Assembly: GCA_010093815.1 (NCBI GenBank)
Contig: ML996568.1
Strand: one strand, 5' to 3'
Length of the DNA stretch: 64,000 nt
Source: Pseudovirgaria hyperparasitica
Taxonomy: Eukaryota
Shown: positions 1-13,113 of the stretch, piece by piece
Numbering within the stretch: position 1 is the first letter of the stretch
Layout: every line of letters begins with the position of its first letter
Notes under the pieces: generated by a model
Told to the model about the DNA's origin: nothing
Seen by the model: the letters and a program-made list of their open reading frames with translations, nothing else
The model's database searches: none
Program-made: the position numbers and the translations under genes

Positions 1-438
1 CTCGGATCTGTACCTAATACGCGCCCTCTGTATGCGCACTAGTTTGTTATGCGCCCTCCTGGGTATGCGCCTGTGCCGCAATAAGGCAATCAGAGCTGAG
101 CACCGAGGGCATGAGGAAACAGCACCCGAGCAGGCATCCTCGTATTGGCTTATCGGCATGATGCCCAGAAGCTTCAGTGCTAAAAAAGGATTTCCCACCG
201 ATCTAGATGATACTCGATGTTTCAGCCTTGTCGGCTTATCACACTGGAAAACTGGATCACCCTAGAAAACAGTATACAAACCTGGGCTTTAGCGCATTCG
301 CTGTTACATCTGATTGCTTTAATATGCAGACCCCAACTTCACTGCCCCATCAGTGGGGCATAGACAGACTTCTCGACCGAGTAGACTTATATATGACCTT
401 TCCGAGCCCCAGTTGATGGAATCGTAAATTCTCCAGCG

Positions 439-1635
439 ATGGCGCCTCCTAGAACTGTCATAGAGCTTTTGACCATTCCGAATCCCGTTGTTACACTCTC
501 TGAACGTCACCGCGCTAAATCTACTTCTGTCAGCAAGCGAAGTTACTACCCAACGGTCCGGAGACTCAAACCATGGACGGAATTTTCGATCAAAACTCTA
601 CAAGTGCTCTTCGATAAGCGACTTTGGGTATTACTGAAAGCAGAAACGCCGAATCTTTGTGTGCCTATGGAAGTTGATGCGAACAGTCGTACAATTGTGG
701 AAGAGAGATCAATCGAAGCTCTTGTGCTCAAGTGGAACCACACAATTATTGATCATGCCCTCAGTAAAACGGCCGTCAGGTTTTTGGGACAAAATGTCCA
801 TATGGTGATTGGACCTCAATCTACCCTGACGTTTGATGAGCATAAAACAAAACCTGATTGGGGGGCAATATGCGATAGGCAGCAGCACAGTTCGATCCTA
901 CCAGGAGACTCCAAATGTGGTATCAAATGGCATAGCTCGCATTTAGATGGCCTTGTCAACAGGAAACGAGATTTCGCGGTCCCTCAAGGCCTTCAACATG
1001 CTCTATGGCCAATCCGTCAGGTTCTTTACTATTGCATTTCGAGTAACACTCGGTATGGCTACATTATTACTCACCAAGAGTTAGTGGTTCTACGGTGCAG
1101 CTACCGCCCTGACAGTCATCTACCTGACCTCCATGGAAAAGAGCTTAGACAGCATATTCAAGACAACGCATCAGTGGAGTACCGATCGATCTCCTGGCAC
1201 GCAAAAGGGAATGAAGCCCTTACGGTGAACCTAGCAATCTACGTTTTGCACATACTTGCAACGAATAATGGCCAATTGACCAATGAGCCTCATGGTCCAT
1301 ACTGTCCTTTGATAGACGAAAAGCTTCTTCCAATAGAGTCACAACCCTTGCTAGTATCAGTCCCTAGCCAGAACAGCTGTCTAAGTCAAGATGCAAAAAG
1401 CTTCTCACAGCAGGTTGAAAATGATGATTCCCAAACGCAGGCCAAAAGAAACGACAAAAGTAGAAATGGGGATGATTCTACTCAGGATGAAGTTAGATCA
1501 GCAACGCAGCGCTCTCGGAAAAGAGCTCGAGACTCTGACGACGACGATACTCTGGCTCTGAGCATGGCAAGCTCCAGAAGTGAGAGGAAGAAGATATCGC
1601 AAACTCTTCGCCGGAGCAAGAGACATCGCATATGA
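439..1635 (+). CDS. Hypothetical protein with PD-(D/E)XK restriction-endonuclease-like motifs and a basic, disordered C-terminal tail
   Basis: Intronless 398-aa ORF. KPDWG...LPGDSK...KW, followed by PIRQVLYYC...TRYGYIITHQELVVLR; ends in basic RKRAR/RSKRHR stretches. The fold call is inferred from motifs. Confidence 0.7.
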   Translation: MAPPRTVIELLTIPNPVVTLSERHRAKSTSVSKRSYYPTVRRLKPWTEFSIKTLQVLFDKRLWVLLKAETPNLCVPMEVDANSRTIVEERSIEALVLKWNHTIIDHALSKTAVRFLGQNVHMVIGPQSTLTFDEHKTKPDWGAICDRQQHSSILPGDSKCGIKWHSSHLDGLVNRKRDFAVPQGLQHALWPIRQVLYYCISSNTRYGYIITHQELVVLRCSYRPDSHLPDLHGKELRQHIQDNASVEYRSISWHAKGNEALTVNLAIYVLHILATNNGQLTNEPHGPYCPLIDEKLLPIESQPLLVSVPSQNSCLSQDAKSFSQQVENDDSQTQAKRNDKSRNGDDSTQDEVRSATQRSRKRARDSDDDDTLALSMASSRSERKKISQTLRRSKRHRI

Positions 1636-2823
1636 GAGTCTTACGTTACGATGCCGAGCACATGGGAACTACAAAACGGAGGTAGGGAGTGTCACAGGCT
1701 ACTGCGTTCGCGAGGGAACTTCAAAACTTCCGATTACAGGTCTTATAGCTGTAAAAGCAAGACCATGACCATTTTATGGCATATTGTCATGTGTCATTCC
1801 CCCGGATCCGACATGCATAGGCTTACGTTTCAAGACCCAGCTGCAGGAGCGGCCGAGCACATATAGTAGAACTCATCACATGCTATTAGTCTGCAGGCAA
1901 TGACAGCAACGTTCAGCTATAGCCACTCAGACAAGGTCTACTCGTTTCGTATGGTTCCAATCGAGTTGAGCAGTGCTGCTGTGCCAGGAACCGGAAGAGG
2001 CACCTGTTCTAAAAATAGTGTCACAAGACAGAACACGCGGAAAGAGTCGAGCAAGCATGTCTTCAGCCTTGTGTCAATTGGTGGTTTTGCTACATGCACG
2101 CGTTCCGACGTACGTGGCACCCGTCGCTCTGCAGAGCGTTGAAAGCCACGACGGCTTCATCAATAATGAGATTCATCTTTAATAGATACAGAAGTGACAG
2201 CACGCACGAGTGAGAGGACAGAACAAGGTTGTTTGCGCCGCAGTGGGTGTATACTGTGCGAAGGTCTCAAAGACAATGTAGCACATGTACGAATATAGAC
2301 CATTTGCGTCAACTCGAGTATGTAGTGGGACCTAGGGTTAACTTTACAGCAGAACGATTCGACCAAGTATCTCAACCAAAGATACACTGTACGTGCTGTC
2401 TTTGCGTGATAATATCCCATGCCGCCTTGCATTGTCACACATGAAACAGGTCTCCTGGCAAACTTATAAGGAGCTTCAGGTCATGTCATCAGCACACCAT
2501 CGAGGCTGACATCTCCAACTTCTATGTCTAGAAGCAATTCCACCATCACATCGCGGCCTAAGGAACACGGGTCTGACTAGATTCGATGAGTCAGCATTCC
2601 ATCGTAGTATATCCTCTGTCTTCTATTGGAGATGTGTTGGTTTTCATTCAATTACAATGCGTAAAATGCCAAGACTCGGTGTTATGTTGTACCTCGATGT
2701 TTCCTTTGTTGTCATACTTTCCAATATGGTTATGTCATAGCCCCCTCTTCTATCTTCTTCTCGTATGTCTACACTGGCCCTTGCCTTGCCAAGAGTACTG
2801 GCCTGGTACATGCAAGTTATTGT

Positions 2824-4375
2824 CTATGTTCGCTTCGAACCGCCACCGTGGATCCATGCCTGATGAGTCGGCATTAATTCTATTTCTTCATATGAATCTA
2901 CCGTCGAGACTGATGTGACAATGTAGGAGTCTTCACGCATGATTGTTTGCTCGGGAGGCGAATTCTCGTCCAGGTGAAATACTGTCTGTCGAGGGTATGA
3001 GTCAATGCGATGCGAAGATGCTGGGAATGGCTCCTGTCTATGGAAGTCCTTCCCATCAATATCTCTTTCATTATCATCATCCGATATTTGTTCCCTATTT
3101 GTGTGCCCACCACTGCCGTTCGATAAACCAACTATCGAAAGGACCGATTCTAGCCCTGAACGTAGTTTCGTTGGGAGACCTTTGAGATTGGTATATATTA
3201 CAGGCATACAGGCGCACATGATGCCTACGTTGATTTCGGCTATTCTACCCATCGGCTCCTTATTAGCATAAAGGGCGTGCTCAAGCTGCTTTAACTTACC
3301 CCAAAGCATATACTGGGACTTGTACCCAGGTGGAGTCATCTGAACCTTGTACTTTAACTCGGTAGTAAAGTCCAATTAAGGAGCATATACAAGCCCTATA
3401 GAGCGATTAGGGATTGAGACGACACAATCATTTGTCCTTACAATAGACCGGAGGCAAATACGCCCAGTAAGCCACACTTTATTCTCCACGACGTGGGTAC
3501 CTTCTGGAGGAAAATAATAGGAAGCAGGAATACGTAGAAATCGCTGACGACGCCAAATACCCCAGAAGTAGCGGATAACTGGAAGTTTGCCTTTACACAG
3601 TGGCTGGAGATGGATGCCTTGATCCACGACTCTCCAGGTTGAGGGAAACAGATCGAGGTGTATAGGGCGACGTTGACTAGATAGAAGGACGTGATAGTAA
3701 CGATTCCTATCATCAAAGGCCATTTTACCTCTACGAAGCCTTCAAAAAGTCTCCAGTAGAGTATAAAAAAGCTGTTCTTGATTATAGCGTTCGTGATGAG
3801 GTACAAAAGGATGCTCAAGAACGTAAGCTAGGAGCAATTAATTCAAATCTCTTTCCAAACAAACGTGTGCTCTCACCGCAATGAAACGCTCGGAAATATC
3901 GATTGCTTGAACATCCCATTGATGAGGTCCTAAAGGACTGCCAGCGACTAGATGATAGCAGTCAATATCAGTCCTTCATATGTGTTGGTCTTCGATTACG
4001 AGCTAGAAGGGTGCCGGCCCAAGCAATGTTGGTAGCCTGCGTCTTGTAAGCGAAGTTCAGCGCTGTAAATAAATGGAAAATCACTCACCAGGGCAATGTA
4101 GCAGAGATCTAAGAGTGTCAGCAAACTGTCTAGTTCCTTTCCCTCGGAAAATCGAGCTTACAGTCGTCCCACGCAAACCCTTTCTGTCTTATTCCAATTC
4201 CTGTGACAAGTCTCAGCAGTACATGGCATACTATGACTGGCAAAAGCACATATATCATATTCCTCATAAGGTGTTCCAAGGTAGCAGGGTTGGTGAAGTT
4301 CGACGTCACACCTGCTGGTGGAGCAGTGGCTGGCGTTGAGTCGCTCATCGGGACTGCGATATGGTTGAAGGCCAT
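2824..4375 (-). CDS. PTH11-like (fungal rhodopsin-domain) integral membrane protein, 7 exons, no CFEM domain
   Basis: Manual splicing of six GT-AG introns (first 4161-4109, then a 20-nt exon 4108-4089) gives one continuous frame with PPAGVTSNFTNP, GFAWDDYLCYIAL, GPHQWDV, IKNSFFILYWRLF, SDFYVFLLPI, D-S-T-W and AEINVGIMCACMP. An alternative start lies at 4348. Confidence 0.88.
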
Positions 4376-6699
4376 ATTGGACAATCCAACGTGATGCTCT
4401 TTCTTTTGTGAAGAGAAGTTGCGAGACTCTAAGATAGAGTGGGATGTGGGTGATCCTGCGAATGAACTTTCACCTTGGTGCTGTGGTAAATCCCATATTG
4501 AGAGGCCATACAAGGGGTACCCTGACACAACAATGTCCGATAGAATTCTTCACTATTCCTCTTCGTGACGCGGAGATACCATAGAAATAACTCAAACAGA
4601 ATTACGGCTTTAGTTCCAACGTACAAACATGAACGTAAAATGCTATTCCACGATCGGTCCGTAGCATCTGCAATAGCAACATCAGCCTGCAGTTTGCGTT
4701 AATTATAACAATCTCCATGGATATCTATATCCAGTTGGGCGGATAAATGATTAGATATCAATGTTTCTTCCTCGAGTTTGCCAAGTTCTTGATTAAATAT
4801 TACATATGGTAGTGCGCCGCGCTATCACATGTGAAGGATGCCGAGAGGTATGCTGAAATAGCAGTCATCAGGGAAGGTTCAAACTCTAGAACCCTGGTTC
4901 CGTGTTGTATATTGGCATGTTTCACAGCGCTAAATCGTGTTACTCGCTTGTGGATCTCCTCCACAACCGTTCCAGTACCCCCTGCCATCATAACCTCTCG
5001 GTTTAGGTTCTCCCTGATGTATCCCAAGGCTCAGCAACGCCAAATTGTATCGATAGAGATTCATCATAGTGATTGTCAGTATTCTATGATTGGCAGATCC
5101 CAAATGTATTTTTAGGATGAAGTCGGCATTGAAATTGGTCTCAACAACGAAGTCTTCGAACTGAAATGGATGACTAGCTCGAATATCATTCGCGGTTCTA
5201 TTTCCCCGCAGAGGGCCATTACTTGAGATTAGCGTTATGAGTAATTTTGTAAATCAATTCGAGGAACGGTGGGATTGTGTAATGTGGCGAAAGTAGACCA
5301 GATAGTAGCGTTTTCCAGTATATCATAAGCATGGAAGGATCTTAACAGCCCTCTCCCTGAGTCATAGCTGTCATTGAAGCTGGCTCTGATATACTTACAT
5401 ATGGGAGGACGTCCCATTGTAACAAGGGAATCCTATGATATGCTTCGTGTATGGCTCTAGACCCGTAGAAAGCAAGGGTCTCGAAGTATCTTGAGAATGC
5501 TAGACACAGCATCCCACGTAACAGTCAAACTGTACTGACATGATGCTGCAAGTCAGTAGAAGGGAGTGACGTGTTTCGTTCGCCAGCATGTGAGTATCGG
5601 GACTGAGCTGCTAGAAGAGTTCGGTTCTCCTCCGTCAATATCGAAGTATGATATGAAGAATTTCCTGAGCGGTTGTCCGGATATATCCGGGAACCATCAG
5701 CACCGACTCGATGCTAAGCATGGAGAATGAAGGAGAAATATCTTACCTTCGGATATTGAGTAGGGCGGTCTCACTTACCGCTGGTAGTCAGAGGTTCTCG
5801 GAGGTAGAGCGCAGGGATATAAAGACTTGAGAGGGACAGGACGTAACCACCTTCTCAGGAGCCCAAAAATCTTTATTTATCTGGAAATATTAGTGATAGT
5901 GGTTTTAATTAGCTCCTTTATGGTATTGTATTCCGTATACTTTCTTTTGGTATATTTCCAATCCAATGGTCCCGAAGAATATCCTCCTAGTGATTACAAA
6001 ATCCATATAACCATTGCTATGACTGTGACATGTCTGAAGAAGTAACCCAGGCAACGATCGTAGTGAGATTGAGTCGGAAGATACTGATAGAATACATATT
6101 TTCAAGCGTGACATGTAAGCGCTGGATAAATGTTGATAATATGTACCGGGTTTGTCAGAGAGGACCACGTTGTGATTGTCTAAGGGTCCGACACAACTTT
6201 AGTGACACACAGAAGTCCTCCCTAGACTCAAATCGAACGAATGCAAGCTACTATTATTAGTATGTTCACATCTTTAACATCTGAAGACGTACAAAGAACT
6301 TAATCAAGTTCGCAGACTGTCGGCTTCGTCAGGCGTCATGAACAGCAATCAAAATCAGGCCACTGACGATCAATGCGATGAGATGCACCCAAGCTACATA
6401 GCGACAGTCGGCTATATAGCCAACCTACAACGCCATTCAAATGCTATACTGCAGGATGCAGATCGTCCTCACGGTTCGTAGATCTTCAAACACATTCACT
6501 CGGGAGCTCATCTAGTCTTCAGCACAACGACCAGGATCTTCAAACTTTGACCAAGAAGGTAAATAAAAACTTTACCACACGACTTCATCGGAGAAACAGC
6601 CCAGTTTCAACATAATACTTATCACCTAGGCCTGAGAGCCACCCTATTTTCTGGCAACCATAACCCGTCTCCCTCAGAACAGAATCTGACATCTCTCAG

Positions 6700-7133
6700 C
6701 GCCCCTATACGCCCACCTTGCACATACGGTCGTTAGCCTCCAACCATATCTAAACACGATATACACGCCCCCTATTCCCTGGGACATAGAGCATCTCACC
6801 ATTGCCTCGATTCACGCGCTAATCACTAGCCTCCGACCTACGATCCGCGCCATAATCAACTGCCACATCACAACCCTCGTTCTTGCCCCTATGATGCCTG
6901 AAGAACTCTCTTTCGACGTACATCCCGCGATGGTAGCCTCCATCCGAGACGCAATAATGCGGCGTTTCGTCGAGGTCTTTGAGCCATTATACCAAGCAAG
7001 ATATGCTACAGGGCCAGATGGGCCAGGAGACAGGGAGTTCGTGAGGGTGGTCATAGTGGAGATACCGCAGCTGGTGGAGGAGAGAGTCGGGGAAGAATTG
7101 ATGGAGAGACTAAAGCAAGACTTGGGAAAGTAA
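6700..7133 (+). CDS. Possible terminal exon of an orphan gene or a gene relic
   Basis: Open frame of about 140 codons preceded by a CTGAC branch site and CAG acceptor at 6686-6699. I could not join upstream exons (from about 6338) in frame. Confidence 0.3.
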
Positions 7134-8346
7134 GTAGTGGATGGGAAGAGGAAGAAGAAAGACTCGGAACAAGTCGGCAAAGTGGTGGCAAAGCAACCGA
7201 TCTCTGCCAGCATGCGTTTCGAGCAATCAGGGGGGTTCTTACATGTATGATACGATGGGTTGAGGGCAAGAACGTGCAACTATAGAAACGAGGTTACGAT
7301 GCCAATGTACTAGTACGGATAAATATCACAATATGGTATGCTGGGCTTATATAGTAGAGGGTTTCTGTGCTGTTACAAGCTAACTTTTCTACTGGAAGAG
7401 AGCTCTACTTCAACAGACTTCATGGTGGTATTTTAAAAAAAGGGAGTAACGCGTCGATCCATAATAGACTACACTGTAATCACAGAACTGGGACTCTTTC
7501 AAATATTCCCGTTAAAGGCGCGTGTTACCTCCGTTGCAATAAGAGTGACAAAAACTAGTTTCCAGCCATGTAATAGGCCAGTCCCGTCTTCAAAGAAGCG
7601 AAGGATGCGTTGCTTCTCCAGGAAATACAGCTTGTCATTGCACCTTTATAAAGCTTCTATCAAGAACCCCAATTCATTTGACTGTCAAAAAGTATCACAT
7701 TCGAAGCAATCTGACACTGATTTGTGTCGCCTTTCCTCGCACACAAAGGGCACGACGACGTAGTTGTTCTCTGTCCCAGGACTCAAACATCCGTTCCCTA
7801 CCCACGCGCTGTGTAATTCTTCAGACGAGGTGAATGCCCTATTTACTTGTTATCTCAAGGCTTCTACAGCTTGACAGTGTTGTCATAATATTTCCATATC
7901 TATCGAGTAGAGCTTTACACGGCTTATGCGACGTTGTAAGATAGCATTTCTTCTGTCTTATTAGAGCAAGCCGTGTTCTACAGCAATTCCCTACGAGATG
8001 TAGGGTTGTGTATGCTGAATCAGAGTAATCATCAAAGGATGATATCTATTACTTAGTCGCATAGAGTCATGTGTTTACCTGCTATGTTGAGACGCTGTCA
8101 TAATAGGTGTATCTCCTAGTTTAGAGGAAGTATATGTTGCTGTTGTCAGCAGGACCTCTTGAAAGTCCCGGTGGCCCATATTTGCCCAGCTCACAGCCTC
8201 ATGACCTAGCTGGCTCGGGAGGCCGCCTTCGCCAGTATCCTTGAGCTCGAAAGAAGGAGCAGTGGTTTGCTCGCCCTTCTCGACACGCATGCTCTCAAGA
8301 GCTATTCGCTTATACCTCCTCCAATCCTATCCGCAGCAAGATTCTC

Positions 8347-9109
8347 TCATTTCAACAACTTTCTGACACTCGTCTCCATCCACAACTTGGTGTATTGCTT
8401 ATGGCCCCAGTCGAACCACCAAGGCAATTGCGCCTTGACCGTGCCGTCGGGCGTTGAATTAAAGAATACGCTCTTGAGATGGAAGACAGCATCGTGGTCC
8501 TCTATTGTGACCTGCATCTCGAAAATGCCATCTGAGGGACGTGGGTCACGCTTTAGGGGACTGTCGCCGCAGCGGACTACGACCTGGGGTCACGTCAGCA
8601 TAGGTTCTCTATTTCTTCCCCAAAAGCTCTTTCTTTGTATCACAAGAGACCAGTTTGATTCCGCTAGAGATTGTATGTTCACCCACCTTGTCAAACGCCC
8701 TCTCCACAACCTCAAAATGGTCCGCAATTGCCGTTCCCTCGTCATACGCACTCGCCTTCAACTCGCTCTTCTCCCACAGATGTCCCTCCCTTCCTTCCAA
8801 GGCCCTATACTTCTTCTCCAGGAACCTCCTCTGATATGCAAAGCCCAGCCCGCCCCAGATCCCCTGACAGAACCTCTTCGTCAATTCCTCCTGATTCTGG
8901 GTCTTGAGTTTAGACAGCGGTACGCGTCGCACAGCATGGTCTATGCACGCGGGTGGATTTGAGCGTGGATTCAGACGTTTGAGCGAGGTGGATTCGGGGT
9001 AGGATGTGAAGGGCACAAAAGACGTGTTGCGGGTATAGAGTGTCCAGGCGGCGTAACTGGTGGGGATGGACAGAGAGGCAAGGGTGGCGGCGCGTTTGAG
9101 GATACCCAT
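8347..9109 (-). CDS. Fungal hypothetical protein, 2 exons
   Basis: ATG at 9109 (MGILKRAATL). Intron 8686-8584 (GTGGGT...GCTGAC...CAG) joins DHFEVVERAFDK to VVVRCGDSPLKRDPRPSDGIFE...YTKLWMETSVRKLLK*. Confidence 0.8.
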
Positions 9110-9815
9110 TGTGAGAAGGGTGGACTTTGTGAGGAGGGTCATCAATCAAGGCGTTTGAAGCGCAAGAGGGGAAAGAACGCGAAGTAGAAGAAGATATGAG
9201 TGAGATGGGTACTGTACTGTTTGATGGATTGACTACATGACTCGTGCTTGGGCACAAGAAGACAAGCTCGGGTTACTGGATAGAGACGTGCCGAGATACC
9301 CCGCTGGGCCGAGTCAATAAAAGGTATTTTAAACAAGAGTCGTTGCGCGTGAAGTTGTAATAAGGCCATAAGTAATTATGTTCGCATTGTGTGATTTTGC
9401 ATGGATTCATCAGTATAATATCTTTGCTGTGACAGGCTATCGCTCGTAACAAACTCGAGAGTCTGATCTGGCTGCACATTTTATGGCTGTGCGTGAAGTA
9501 AGGTAGTTTGATCAAAACGCATGTCCTGCCCTCAAGTGTGAAAGATCTACCAAACGGTATGAAACAAGTAAACAAGGTGCTTCGGCATACAGCGCAGAAG
9601 ACGATGGCACGTCCAAAAAATTGCAATTCGTGTACGAATGACCACGTTCCGCCTCCGATAACCACATGCAGTCGTGCGAATAGGGGTATGAGTAACAAAG
9701 GTTTAAGCTGTAGGACCCCAACGAGGACCTCAGCCACATCAGAGTTTGCAGCATTCAAGAGTCATTATCATGCCGCCCAAAAAGCCACCCGAAAAGACGT
9801 CTTCATCAACGGCTC

Positions 9816-12394
9816 TTATGCACGACCTTTATGATTTTGTACGTGCTCCATGAGTTTCGACATATCTTCTCTCGTCTCCGGGTACGATTCCATAATCTGC
9901 TTTAGGTTTCTTAGCATATCCTCTGCTGGTGACGGATCTGCCGCGAGTATTTTCTGTGCCACCGTCGTCGTGAATAGGGTACCTAAAATATTCAATGCAG
10001 AGGCCGACCCTACAGGACCAATGTGAGCAAGTGGAGTAGGAGTAGGAGTTCCAAACGATACCGGCGCCCCAGGGGTCTGCCCAACCATGGGTGAATATTG
10101 AGGCGTTGGCATAGGACCTGTCAGAGAACCCACTCCAGAAGGCGGAAGACTTGCAGCGTGAGTTGGTGTCGCAGAGGGAGCGTCCATAGGTGTAGCATCT
10201 GCGCTTACTGTAGGAGTGGCAGTACGGGCGATGATGCAGAGAAGTAGAAGATTCTCCTCAGGCGGCGCAGATATTGTGCAGTGTTCGAGCATATCCATGA
10301 ACAGGGGCAATTGCATTGCATCGGCTTTTACTGGAATGATGTATAGGTCTCGCACGGGGGAATCGGGATCCTTGTCTCTGGGTGCATTGTGAACGACACC
10401 CCAGCGGTCGCGATCGAGGAAATAGCTACAAATCTTGTCTTTCTGCTCGAATGACTCATTGTCGACTGGCGTTAGGTTGATAACGCTGACGTCTGTACAA
10501 TTACTAGTCCGTAGACTTGCAATGTAATCGTTTGCTCGAGTCGGATCTATACGGCCGCGGATCTCAGGGGTCTCTGGGATGACTTGTTTCCAGTCGAGCT
10601 TTTGTCCAAGATCAGCACCAGCTATGTGACGTCCGCATGCATGGTAATTATGTATGGGTGCCATGACCACATTACCGACCCATTTAATATCCGGATTATT
10701 GGTGTAGTCTGATTCGGTTGGTTCGTCGACACGGAGCAAGCGGTCAATATCCTCGTCTTTCGTCGGAGGCGTGGGTGTCGCAGGGGTGACAGCAGAACTC
10801 TGGCGCCGGAAAGCCTCTGAGGGCCTACGATTAATGTCATTCGGTGAGCCTATCTTGCTGTAAACGTTGTTGATATCGAAGGTACCCGAGGCCTGTCTTG
10901 CTGCGCGTGGTGATCCAGGTAAGGCACCAGTGTCGACGGTCAACGCTTGACGATCTCCCACAGTCTGCTCGACGATACCACTGTCGACTCCCGTTCGTTC
11001 GTCCACCACATCGTTATCTCGATGGATCGGGGGCGGAAGTGGGGATTTCTGACGCTGAACTTCTTCGCCACCGATGTATTCATCCCCCTTGTGTGTCTTC
11101 CGGATTCGTGGGCCATCTTCATGAATCATGACTGACTGCTTCTCAGCAGCCTCCCTCAGCGCTGCGTTCTCCTTCTTACGCTCCTCATTCAGCATATCCT
11201 CGGAAGACATCTGTGCGAGAACTTCTGGCGAGTATTCCTGGGTCAAAAGCTTGTATAATATATCCATGTTATTGCTCATGTTGAACTTGAGACTTTGCCA
11301 TTGTTGAAAGTATGCACTATCCTTGCCCTCGAGGTCACCCTGTACCGCGGCAAGAGCGTGATCAATTTGGAGCGCTATACCATCAGAATAGGAGGCGTTG
11401 GTCAGTCCAGGTGGTAAATTGATCTTCCGAGTCTGAACAAGATCGCCAACCTGCTTTTGGATGATGTCAGACAGTGGCTTAATAAGTTTTTGTCGCGGGC
11501 CTGGGAGCGAGTTAATGGAATATGTTGACGCATTGGTCGATTGTGTCTCGGACTTGAGGCGTTTCTCTGTAGGCCCAGCATCCTTGACATCAGATGCGCG
11601 TTTGCGTTTTGACTGTGCAGGTGCCTCTACGGAGGTCTTTGGGGCCGAAGTGCTTCTCGAGGCGCCGTTGGCCGCTGCTGGCGTCGTAGCTTTCGCTGGA
11701 GGGACAGGTGTTCCTTTAGCTGATGTTTTGCCAGGCTTCGGAGTTCCTATATCCTCAGCTTTGGCTGAGGCTGCCTCACTTAGACGGGCCTTAGAGTTTG
11801 CTGCCTTGGCGCCCTTCTTTTTACCCTTTGTCTTAGGTGCTAGACGGGCTATATGTTCCCAGGGTCTCTCCCCTCTGTCGATAGCAGCAAGCAGGCCCTT
11901 GTGCGCCTCTGGTTTGCACTGTTCGCAATAGTAGTCGCGCTCGGCAGGCCACGGTTGGGTGTCCAGCATCATGCAATCCTGATGCTGCCAGGCACCGCAT
12001 GTATCGCAAGCGACCCATTGCATGCCTTCGTCATCGTCTTCTTCTTTTGTAGCACCGCAGATGCAGCGAACAAAATCATCCGGCCCGTTTGCACCTTCAT
12101 CATCTCCCTCTTCTTCTTCCTCTTCCTCTTCTACTACCTCCTCAGCTTTTAAATTCTTTCCCTTGATCTTTTTTCCTTTCTTACCGCCCTTGCTCTTCGC
12201 AGGGATAGCTGTCGCTTTCTCTTCCTCGTCAAGTTTTGTGTGCTGGCCTTTGGTGGCTCGGCCAGAGCGACGTGGTTCGTCTGTAGCAGGCGCGCGTGTT
12301 AGCTTTGGAATCTTTAATGGAGTGGGCGACAAAGGTCTCTGCGAGCCGAATTCGCGCAGTACGTGCGTAGGAGTTGTTTTTGCTTACCAGCCAT
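9816..12394 (-). CDS. BYE1: Transcription factor BYE1-like (PHD finger + TFIIS central domain + SPOC)
   Basis: PHD motif VRCICG...WVACDTCGAWQHQDC...YYCEQC; TFIIS-M region SLKFNM...LAQMSSEDM...RKTHKG; C-terminal SPOC-like region. The likely start is a 7-nt exon ATGGCTG (12394-12388) followed by intron 12387-12281, giving MADEPRRSGRATKGQH. Confidence 0.92.
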
Positions 12395-13113
12395 GGCGAA
12401 GGAAATGAACTGTACGCGGAAATCACTGGCAGGTGGCGATTATATTTATAGTACGCGATCTCTCAAACTTCAAGCTCTGAGCTACAAACAGGGCGCAAGC
12501 ACAAGACAATGCGCAAGACCACCAATATCAGAGTCCGTCAATCCTGACTCCCTACACGCAGGTCAGACCCCCTATATGGTCGTTCCGATAAAGACCAATG
12601 CGCGCGACGCGTGGCGACCTTGAGCGTCTCTGCAAAGAAGCTACGATTGGGGCTCGACGCGACAACAGAGATTGTCACACGAGCAAACGAACCTTGAATT
12701 CAAAGGTGGAGGTAATCTCCAAGAGCGCAGCATGCGAAACCGGATGTGTAGAGTTGAAGATGATGAAAAGTTGGTGGAGTGGTAGTGGTGGTGAAAGTAT
12801 AACGAGGTTGGAAAGCTGCAGGTGAGATAGCGACCTCGACAAAGCGGAGTTGTGGACAGCGAGGGACGCGCTTTCTGATAACGTAAGTTGCGTTTGTCCC
12901 GTCCACTGGTAGGTATGGTCCTCGGGTCGACGCCGGGTGAAAACGAAAGTAGAGGCTAGTGTTATCTAGGTTAGACGCTACATAACCTACCCGGTGGACC
13001 AGGGGCTGTTTGCCTAAGGTAGCAGATCACCGTTTGACATTTCACTGACTGAACTTTCCTTTACTCATATTCCACTTTACACTCAGAATACCCGTTTTTC
13101 TACTTAGGTTACC

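Noticed and set aside
17..72. Four imperfect TAYGCGC(C/A) repeats
   Set aside because: Short, irregularly spaced and at the window edge; cannot be interpreted.
8267..8962. 231-aa plus-strand ORF
   Set aside because: Antisense shadow of the spliced minus-strand gene 8347-9109; non-ATG start and no motifs.
12281..12332. ORF-track N-terminus MSPTPLKIPK of BYE1
   Set aside because: Lies within intron 12387-12281; a 7-nt ATG exon upstream explains the start better.
11461..12408. Plus-strand ORFs of 99-156 aa
   Set aside because: Antisense to BYE1; their composition mirrors its codons.
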